Positions 47,317-56,600 of a stretch of DNA of 64,000 nucleotides are shown here, one piece after another. Source of the stretch: an uncultured Pseudomonadota bacterium (GTDB lineage Bacteria; Oederibacteriota; Muellerivitia; Muellerivitales; Muellerivitaceae); contig CAVYRH010000010.1 of assembly GCA_963770835.1 (NCBI GenBank), positions 1 to 64,000 of the forward strand, read 5' to 3'. The stretch's first letter is position 1; the number at the start of each line of letters is the position of its first letter. Position numbers and translations under genes: made by a program. Below the pieces are notes generated by a model. That model did no database searches. It had not been told where the DNA came from and saw nothing but the letters and a program-made list of their open reading frames with translations.

Positions 47317-49944
47317 ATGGATGATCTGACGCCCATGATGAAGCAGTACCTGGACCTGAAGAGGATCCATAAAGATGAAATCCTCTTTTTCCGCCTGGGC
47401 GATTTCTACGAGATGTTCTTCGACGACGCCAAGACGGCCGCCCGCGTCCTCCACCTGACCTTGACCGCCCGGGCCGGGGGCAACAACCAGAAAGTCCCCA
47501 TGGCGGGCATCCCCTACCACGCGGCGGAAAACTACATTTCCAAGCTGGTCAAGAACGGCTATTCCATCGCCATCTGCGAGCAAGCCGAGGACCCGGCCAC
47601 CGCCAAGGGGCTGGTCAAACGCGAGATCGCCCGGGTCATCACTCCGGGCACCATCCTTTCCGCGGCCATGCTGGAGGAGAAAGCCAACAACTACCTAGCG
47701 GCCCTCGTCAGCTCCACCCAAAGCCTGGGGCTGGCCGTGGTGGACGTCACCACCGGCGAGTTCAAGGCCTGCGAACTGAGCGGCCCCGAGCGTTTTTCCA
47801 CCGCCGCCAACGAGCTTTCCAAGTTCAACCCCTCCGAAATCCTGATGCCCCTCACCCAGCCCACCGACGAGCCTTGGGCCCAGCTGTTGAGGTCGGCCAA
47901 CGGGGCCAAACGGTCCCACATGGAGGATTGGAAATTCTCCGCCGACGAGGGCAAGGAAGTCCTGCAGGAGCACTTCCAAGTGAAGTCCCTGGACGGCTTC
48001 GGGCTTTCGGGCCAGGACCAGGCGGTTCGGGCGGCCGGGGCAATTTTACAGTATCTCAAGGAAACCACCCACAGCGTGCTCTCCCACCTAGTCACTCTTT
48101 CCACTTTCCAGGTGGGGGAAGGCATGGTGCTGGACGCCACCACCCAGAGAAACTTGGAAATCATCAAACCCATGCGCGACGACGCCAAGGAAGGTACGCT
48201 TCTTTCGGTGCTGGACGAAACCGTAACTTCCATGGGGGGGCGCCTCCTGAGGCAATGGCTGGTGACGCCGCTGACTTCGGTGTCGCAAATCAAGCGCCGC
48301 CAGGACGCGGTGGAGGAACTTTTGTCCCGGAAAGACGACCGGGAGACCCTCCGGGATTTCTTCAGGGAAGTGTCGGACCTGGAGCGGCTCTCAGGCCGTA
48401 TCGGTTGCGGCACGGCCAATGCCCGGGATATGGTGGCGCTGCGGACCACCCTTGCCCTCCTTCCCAAAATCCACCATCTCCTTTCCGGCTTCAAGGCCCA
48501 GGCCATCAAGGAAAGGGTGGAAGTCTGGGACAACCTGAAGGAAGTCCACCACCTGCTGGAAAAGTCCATCCACGACGAACCGCCCCTGGCCCTCAAGGAA
48601 GGGGGCCTTATCAAGGCCAGTTATAACAAGGAATTGGACGAGCTCAAAAGCGCCTCGCTGGAAGGAAAGAGCTGGATCGCCCAACTGGAGGAAAAAGAAA
48701 AGGCCCGCACCGGCATCGGTTCCCTAAAGGTGCGTTACACCTCCGTCTTCGGCTATTACATCGAGGTCTCCAAGGCCAACCTGGACAAAGTACCCGCCGA
48801 CTACCACCGCAAACAGACGCTCGTGAACGCCGAGCGCTTCATCACGCCCGAACTCAAGGAGATGGAAGGGAAGGTCTTGGGCGCCCAGGACAAGGCCGAC
48901 CGGATGGAATACGAACTTTTCGACGGCATCCGAAACCAGGTGGGCAAGGAACTCTCGCGGCTCCAAAGGGTGGCCCGCACCATCGCTGAACTGGACGTTT
49001 TTTCCTGCATGGCCGCGGTGGCCGACCGGGGGCGCTATGTGCGGCCCGAGGTGGACGACTCCACCGGACTTTCCATCGTGGACGGGCGGCACCCGGTTTT
49101 GGACCGCATCCTCTCCTCCGACCAGTTCGTGCCCAACGACAGCCATTTGGGCGTGGAAGGAGTGGAGATCATCATCCTGACCGGCCCCAACATGGCAGGC
49201 AAGAGTACCTATATCCGGCAGGTGGCATTGTTGGCCCTCATGGCCCAGGTGGGTTTTTACGTGCCCGCCAAGGAAATGAAGGCGGGCATCGTGGACCGCA
49301 TCTTCTCCCGCGTGGGGGCCTCCGACGCCCTCACCCAGGGACAGAGCACCTTCATGGTGGAAATGGTGGAAACCGCCAATATCCTCAACCACGCCACGGC
49401 CAAAAGCCTCCTCATCCTGGATGAGGTTGGGCGGGGAACCTCCACCTTCGACGGGGTTTCCATCGCCTGGGCGGTGGTGGAATATATCGCCCAAAAGCTC
49501 AAGGCCCGCACCCTCTTCGCTACGCACTACCACGAATTGACCCGCCTATCAAACACCTTCCCGAACGTGAAGAACTTCAACATCGCGGTTCGTGAATGGA
49601 ACGAGCAGATCCTTTTCCTGCGCAAGATCGTGGAAGGCGGCACGGACAAAAGCTATGGCATCCAAGTGGCGCGCCTGGCGGGCGTGCCAAAGGAAGTGGT
49701 GGCCCGGGCAAAGAAAATATTGGCGGGCCTAGAAACCGGAACCTTCCTGGGTAAGACCGTCGAGGCCCAGCCTTCCCCCCAACCCGAAACGCCTGAAGAA
49801 GGAACCCTCCCCCAACTCTCCTTCTTCGGCACTGGCGCCAGCCATCCCATTTTGGAGGAGTTGAAGGGATTGGATGTGGACGGTCTGACTCCGAGGGACG
49901 CGTTGAATTTGTTGGGAGAGTGGAAGAAAAAGGTCGAAGAGTAA
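47317..49944 (+). CDS. mutS: DNA mismatch repair protein MutS
   Basis: 'TPMMKQY...GDFYEMF', 'TGPNMAGKST', 'STFMVEM', 'DEVGRGTST', 'SYGIQVA'. Confidence 0.98.
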   Translation: MDDLTPMMKQYLDLKRIHKDEILFFRLGDFYEMFFDDAKTAARVLHLTLTARAGGNNQKVPMAGIPYHAAENYISKLVKNGYSIAICEQAEDPATAKGLVKREIARVITPGTILSAAMLEEKANNYLAALVSSTQSLGLAVVDVTTGEFKACELSGPERFSTAANELSKFNPSEILMPLTQPTDEPWAQLLRSANGAKRSHMEDWKFSADEGKEVLQEHFQVKSLDGFGLSGQDQAVRAAGAILQYLKETTHSVLSHLVTLSTFQVGEGMVLDATTQRNLEIIKPMRDDAKEGTLLSVLDETVTSMGGRLLRQWLVTPLTSVSQIKRRQDAVEELLSRKDDRETLRDFFREVSDLERLSGRIGCGTANARDMVALRTTLALLPKIHHLLSGFKAQAIKERVEVWDNLKEVHHLLEKSIHDEPPLALKEGGLIKASYNKELDELKSASLEGKSWIAQLEEKEKARTGIGSLKVRYTSVFGYYIEVSKANLDKVPADYHRKQTLVNAERFITPELKEMEGKVLGAQDKADRMEYELFDGIRNQVGKELSRLQRVARTIAELDVFSCMAAVADRGRYVRPEVDDSTGLSIVDGRHPVLDRILSSDQFVPNDSHLGVEGVEIIILTGPNMAGKSTYIRQVALLALMAQVGFYVPAKEMKAGIVDRIFSRVGASDALTQGQSTFMVEMVETANILNHATAKSLLILDEVGRGTSTFDGVSIAWAVVEYIAQKLKARTLFATHYHELTRLSNTFPNVKNFNIAVREWNEQILFLRKIVEGGTDKSYGIQVARLAGVPKEVVARAKKILAGLETGTFLGKTVEAQPSPQPETPEEGTLPQLSFFGTGASHPILEELKGLDVDGLTPRDALNLLGEWKKKVEE

Positions 49945-52104
49945 TTATGAAAAAAATAATATTTTTTATGGTTGCGATTAGTTTTATTTCAAAAACTTTC
50001 CCTTCTGCCTTACCTGCCTTAATTATTACTGTCACTCCAACAGCTGATAAAGAAGTCGGGCTGTCACAAACAGATAAAAGTTGGTTATTGGTTACTAATA
50101 CGAATTTTTCAAAACGTGAAAATCAAACATCTACGGTTTTCAATAATTCAATTTGGACTATTGGCGGGCAAGATTCTAACAAGTCCCTCCTTCCTGAAGT
50201 TTGGAATTCTATTGATGGTTTGCAATGGCGTTTGGCTGTCGAAAATGTACCTTTTGGTGGTAGAGAAGGCCAAGCCGCTGTTAGTTTCCAAGGAAAATTA
50301 TGGATCATCGGTGGATTGACAAGCAGTGGGTTTTCTAACGACGTTTGGAATTCAAGCGATGGTTTAGTTTGGAAACAAATCGTTTCGAAAGCGCCATTTA
50401 CTCCTAGGGCTTTTCACCAAGTGACTATCTTCTCTGATCAAATTTTTGTTATAGGTGGGGAGACAAGGGAAGGGCCCACAAATGATATTTGGTGTTCAAC
50501 GGATGGGCTCAATTGGTCACAAAAGAGTACTGGTAAATTTCCAGCTCGTGAAAAATTCGCATGTGTAACTACTTATTATAAAAAGGCAAGGCATACAAAA
50601 CTTATTGCCCCCCCACAGCAACTTCGACCACCTGAAATGAAATATACTCTTTATGTTTTGGGCGGATTGACAACGAATGAAAAGATTTTAGGAGATATTT
50701 GGGCTTCTGAGGATGGCATAGAATGGAATGAAATTACAACGGAAGCTAATTTTGGTCCACGCTTTGATTTTTCTGCAATTTTTGATGGGTTATCAAATAT
50801 TTTTGTAATCGGTGGTACCGGATCTGATGGACTTCCCCAAAACGATGTTTGGTTTTCTCATTATGCGGATTCATGGTGCAAGCTCACTGATAAGGCCACT
50901 TTTAGCGCCCGAAGCGGTGCAAATTCCTTGTTTTATAAAAACGAAATGTGGTTATTGGGTGGGGGGACTGATGAAGCAAATAATGGCAATGTTTGGTACC
51001 GCAATGGAGGTGGTTTAGGGTCATGTGTTCAACCCACTGCAACATCCGACACATTAGTCTATCGGATTAAAATGCCAAGACCTCAGGAAATTAATTTTTT
51101 TGCTTCAGATAATGTTAATTCTTCTAAAGTGATTTTGGGTTCTATTGAAAAACAAAAAGACGGAAGTTTTATTGTTGATTATCCAGGTTCAGGTGTTAAG
51201 AGCGTTAAACAAGGTATAAATGATACGGACCATCTAGAATTGGTTTCCGAATTTAATAACGACGGAAAATTAATAAAACGGTATGAACGAGGTGTTACTT
51301 CCGAAGGCGAAAAATATTTTTACGGTTTTGTAGAGGAAAATTATGAAAATGGAAATTCGAAGTACAAAGGGTATTTGGTTCAACACCCATCCAATTTAAC
51401 AAACAATGTTCCCTCTCCGGCGGTTAAAGACGGAGAATGGGCGTGTTGGTATGAAAATGGTCAACTGGCGGTAAAGGGTATTTATACAAATGGGGTTCCC
51501 AATGGTATTTGGTCATATTGGTATCCGAATGGAAATTTAATGGACCGTTATGAACGAGAAATTGGAAAGAACATCTCAACCTTGGAACTTTGGTATGAAA
51601 ACGGCCAAGAATTGTTTAAGGGAAGTTTTGATGAAAATAACCATTATTTCCATTCAGTTAAAGACTCTTTTGATGTGTGGGATCAGATGGGGCATTTAAT
51701 GGCAAATGGCGTAAAAGACAAATATGATCAATATGTAAAATATGAATTGATCTGGCCTAATGGAAAAACAGCGATGGAACTTTCCAGCAACAATTCGGCA
51801 TGTGATGGTTTTGACGTTGCTTTTTATATGCCCGATGGACAATGGATTGTGAAAGGCAATCGAGAAATGGTCGGAGATGGAAATTCTTCCCATTGCGATG
51901 GAGATTACAGTGTCAACAAAGATATACAACTTGGCTCTGTCTTGGATATTCTGAAATCATGGATTGGAATTGAAAATTATTCAAAGCTTGATTCATCCGA
52001 AATCGACGGGGATGAAATCATTTTAAAGTTTCCTGATTGGATTGAAAGTTTTGATGCTGATAAACCCGATGAGTTAGTGGATTCACTTCAAGGATATATA
52101 AGTT

Positions 52105-53275
52105 GTAACCTCTGAAAAACTCCTTCGTCTAAATGCTGAAATATAATAGCAGCATTCCAGACGGAGGGATTCCATGCAAATCAGCTTCGGGATGTACGAG
52201 GACAAGAACCGGCGACTCAAAAAGACCATGCTAGAGGAAGTGGATAAGGTTCTGGACTTTCCGAAGATCGAGAAATTGCTGATGGAAATGTACCGGGGCA
52301 ACACGGGGAGACCTCCCATCCCGCCTTTGATCTTGTTTAAATGCCTTTTGCTGGAATCCTGGTACGGCCTGTCGGATGTGGAAGTAGTCCAAGAAATCCA
52401 CGACCGGCGCAGTTTTGAGCGGTTCGTGGGTGAAGGGGTCCGGGAGTACCACGTCGACGACACCACTTTGGTGAAGTTTCGGGAAAGACTTCGGGAAGCC
52501 GGTTTGATAGACCGGGTTTGGGGGGCAGTGCAACAGGGTTTGGACCGGAAGGGCCTTTTGGTCAAGAAAGGGGCCATTGTGGACTCCACCCTGGTGGAAG
52601 GAGCCTGTAAACCGGAATCCAAGGATCAAGAGGGAAAGCCGGTGGATGAAGATGTTCATTACACCTCCCGGCAAGGAAAAGCCGTGGATGGGATGAAGGT
52701 TCATGTGGGTCAGGACGAGAAAAGCGGCCTGATTCGAAAGATGGATCTAAGTCATATTGAGGAACACGATCACGAACATTTCAAAGACATGGTTCCTCGC
52801 GGGGTAGAACAGGCATTTGCTGACAAGGCTTACCGGTCGGCGCAACACGATGAATATTTGGAGGAACGAGGGATTCGGAATCGAGTGTTACATCGTGTTT
52901 GGCGGGGACAGAAGCTGACCCAGAGGCAATTAAAGCAAAACAAGGTTTGGGGCCGTGTGAGGTGCGGGATCGAGGCGACAATGAGTACCTTGAAGCGGTG
53001 GTGTTCGATGGGACGAATGAGGTACTACGGGATGGCCCGAAACAAGATTTGGGTGTTGATCTGTGGCATCGCATTTAATGGGAAAAGAGCCGTAAAGTTG
53101 GCGGCGGCCTGAGCTAAGGGGAGTTTTTTCAGAGGCAGATGACGCAAGAAGGGTCGAAAAAGGAGTTCTAGGAGTAAGTGCAACACCTTTGGAGAAACAA
53201 AAACATCTCCAAGCGGGGTTGAAAACCCTGGTGAGAAGAGTTTCAAACCAAAACAGGGAGTTTTTCAGAGGTTAC
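52105..53275 (+). mobile_element. IS5-family insertion sequence, 1171 bp
   Basis: 19-bp perfect TIR GTAACCTCTGAAAAACTCC; 5-bp target duplication AAGTT (52100-52104, 53276-53280). Confidence 0.93.
52174..53112 (+). CDS. IS5-family DDE transposase
   Basis: 'GRPPIP...WYGLSD', 'DDTTLVKFR', 'IVDST', 'GMKVH', 'ADKAY', 'RCGIE'. Confidence 0.93.
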   Translation: MQISFGMYEDKNRRLKKTMLEEVDKVLDFPKIEKLLMEMYRGNTGRPPIPPLILFKCLLLESWYGLSDVEVVQEIHDRRSFERFVGEGVREYHVDDTTLVKFRERLREAGLIDRVWGAVQQGLDRKGLLVKKGAIVDSTLVEGACKPESKDQEGKPVDEDVHYTSRQGKAVDGMKVHVGQDEKSGLIRKMDLSHIEEHDHEHFKDMVPRGVEQAFADKAYRSAQHDEYLEERGIRNRVLHRVWRGQKLTQRQLKQNKVWGRVRCGIEATMSTLKRWCSMGRMRYYGMARNKIWVLICGIAFNGKRAVKLAAA

Positions 53276-53666
53276 AAGTTATAAACCATCGACAAAAGAA
53301 ACATCGGGGAAATTAACTGCGAAAGCCCCTATGGAAGTTCCTTTTAGTTTTAGTTGTGGCTTCAATCACTTTAAACTTGACGGCTTATTTACTTTAGAAT
53401 TTCCCGATATTGATGCCAAAGTAGAATATAGAAATGGAACAATTAAAAAAGGCAGTTGGCCTGAAGTGAATCACAATTTTAATGACCCCGGTTCGGGTTC
53501 TTAAGCCTATCAGTGAAAACCCAATAACCTTCTCTTCGTTGGCTAATTTAGCCTTTTTTCAGGTTGATAATGTTACTGTCAACCCCCGCCCGTTTGATTA
53601 AAATACCCATCCTGACTCCAATTCCGCGAACGACGCTTTCCAACCCCGATTGAACCCAGGTGGGCC

Positions 53667-56600
53667 TTGCTGAGAAAAGACGACAAAATCCAAAAAAAGG
53701 TATTCCCCTACGAGTTCCCGGTGGAGCTCGAAACCCGGGCCCATGGCAACGTGGTGGCCCGCTGCCCGCTTTTACCCGGCTGCCAGGCCCAGGGCAAGAC
53801 CCCCAAGGAAGCTCTCGAACAGCTTAAGAATGCCCTGGACCTCTACTTCACCTCGGCCACGCCCGCCTTTTTTGAAAGCCTGGAACAATTCAAGGACATT
53901 CCCAACCTCTATGACCTGACGGAGTTCCGGGGAATCCTCTACGCCGCCACGGGGCAGGACTCGGTCCTCAAATCCTCAAGCGGCGCGCCGGGGTCCTGGA
54001 AAAAGGTTCCCGTCACCAGCAATCCCACCAAATTCTTCACCCCCGGGGCCAAGGGCAAGGAAGCCTCGGGGGATTACACCACGCAGGTTTACTGCCTCTG
54101 CTCCTACGCCCCGCCGGGCAAGGAAGCCATCCTTTTCGCCGGAACCAACCTGAACGGCGCGGTTTACCAGACGACGGACGGGGAAACCTGGCGCGACGCT
54201 TTTTCCACCGGGGAGGACCGCATCCACGCCCTTTGCGAGTTCAAGGGCCGCCTTTACGCGGGCACCAGCTCCCAGGGCAAGGTTTACGCCTATGACGGGG
54301 TCCAGTGGAACAATGTGGGGTCGCTTAGCGAAGTGGCGGTGACCTGCCTGGGGGTCTTCAACGGCCGACTCTACGCGGGCACCTATCCCAGCGGGCTCCT
54401 CTTCTCCACCCCCGACGGGTTGAACTGGGAGGAAGTGAGCGCCACGGGCCAGAACTTCATCCAGTGCCTCCAGGAATTCAACGGCGCCTTCTACGCCGGC
54501 ACCTCCAGCCCCAAGGGCGTCAAGGTCTTCCGTACGGAAAACGGCGTGGACTGGGCCCTGGCCTACGAAACCACCCGGGAGCTCAACCTCTACTGCATGG
54601 AAGTTTTCGAGAACGCCCTTTACGCCGGGACGGGCAACTCAGGGCGCATCCTCAAGACCCTGGACGGCGTGGATTGGTCCACCGCCTACGCGGGCGACCA
54701 GGAGGGGGTTCGGGCCTTCACGATCTTCGGGGACTACCTTTACGCCGGCACCGAGAACAACGGGGCCATCCTGCGCTCCACCTTCGACATGGCCCGCATG
54801 CCCGCGCTCTCGGACCTGAGGGTGGAAAAGCTCACTTCCAGCAGCGCGCTCATCACCTGGACCACGGACATCTCGGCCACCTCCGAGGTGCATTACGGCG
54901 CCAAGGGCCAGGGGACCGAACTGGCGAAGGTGGTGATGGACAAGAGCTTGGAGCTTTACCACCGCCTGCACCTGACCGACCTGGTATCCGAGACCGAGTA
55001 CGAGTTCAAGGTGGTGAGCGCCTACCGTACTTCCTCCCTCGCGGTCAGCGGCACCTCTTCCTTCCAAACCCCGGCGGTCCCGCCCCCGGCCATCACTTCC
55101 CCCAGCCACCCCCAACCGGGAAAGTGGGAAAAATCCAGCGACATCGAGATCCTGCTGCATCCAACCGTCCCCCTGGCGGGCTACCACTATCTTTTGAACC
55201 ACTACCCCGAAACCGTCCCGGCCCCGCCCGAGGCCTCCTTCACGCAGGATAAGCGCATCGCCTTCTCGGGGACGGCCCAGGGAACCTGGTATTTCCACGT
55301 GGTGGGCGAGGATGAGGCGGGCAACATCGGAAGCGAAGCCTCCCATTACAAAATTCTTTTGGATACCGAAGCCGCCCCGCCCCAGCGCCCGCAAAGCCCG
55401 ACCCACCCGGACCCGGAAAAATGGGTGGCCGACCCCACGCCCGTCCTCGCCTGGGAAGCGCCCAAGGACCTATCCGGCGTGAAGGGCTACTATGTCAAAG
55501 CCGACCACGAGCCCAACACGGTGCCCGGCCCGGGCACGGGAGAATTCACCCAGGAAACGCGCCTCACCCTGGGCCCCCTGGAGGACGGGCTTTGGTACGT
55601 CCACGTGTCCACCCTGGACGAGGCGGGGAACGCCGGCCAGGAAGCCGCCCATTACCCCCTGCGCATTGACACCAAAGCCCTGGCGCCGGCCCTTTCCTCG
55701 CCCAGCCATCCCCAGGGCGAACAGTGGTATTCCAATAAGAAGGTCGAAGTGGCCTTCCTCCCTCCCCACGACCTCTCGGGAATCGAAGGCTATTACTACT
55801 GCATCGACCACGAACCCATGACCCTCCCGGACCCGGATTCGGCCCTCTTTACCGACAAGCCCCAGGCGGTCTTCGAGGAAGTGGAGGACGGCCAATGGTT
55901 CGTCCACGCGCGCACCAAGGACAAGGCGGAAAACCTCTCGCCGCAGGCGGGCCACTTGAAGGTCTGCGTCGACACGCTGGTCTCGCCGCCGAAGGTTTCC
56001 TCACCCAGCCATCCGGTTGAGACAACCTTTGCGGGTTCGGCCGATTCACCACAGGGCGCCCCGGTTCCGTCCGGCCGCTGGTACCGCAACCGCCGGGTGG
56101 TCATCCAATGGGAGGACCCCTTCGAGCACTCGGGCATCGAGGGCTATTACTACAACATCGACCGCAAGGCCGACACGGTGCCCAACGCAGAAAACTCACT
56201 TTTCACCCGCGAGCGCAGCGTTTCCTTCGAGCTCACCGACGACGGCCTGTGGTATTTCCACATCACCACCAAGGACAAGGCGGGCAACGTGGATTGGAAG
56301 GCCGTCCACTACCCCCTGCGCGTGGATACGGTCGCGGCCAGGCCCTTTCTCTCCTCCCCCAGCCATCCGGACCAGGAGCAGTGGTATTCAACCCCCAAGG
56401 CCGTCTTCAAGCTCGCGGCGCCGGACGATCTTTCGGGCATCACGGGCTTCTATTACAACTTCTCCGAGGACCCGAAAGCCGCGCCCGATCCCAAGACCTC
56501 CACCTTCACCGCCCAAAACGAAATCACCCTGGACATCCCCCGTGACGGGGTCCACACCCTCTCCGTCATCTGCCAGGACGCGGCAGGCAACACCTCCAAG

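Larger units (their letters stand above)
49947..53504 (+). pseudogene. Secreted Kelch-repeat + MORN/YwqK-repeat protein, interrupted near its 3' end by an IS
   Basis: Kelch-type 'LWIIGG...NDVW.S.DG..W' and 'W..WYENGQ' repeats; removing the IS and one TSD extends the frame 74 codons to TAA 53502-53504. Confidence 0.8.
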
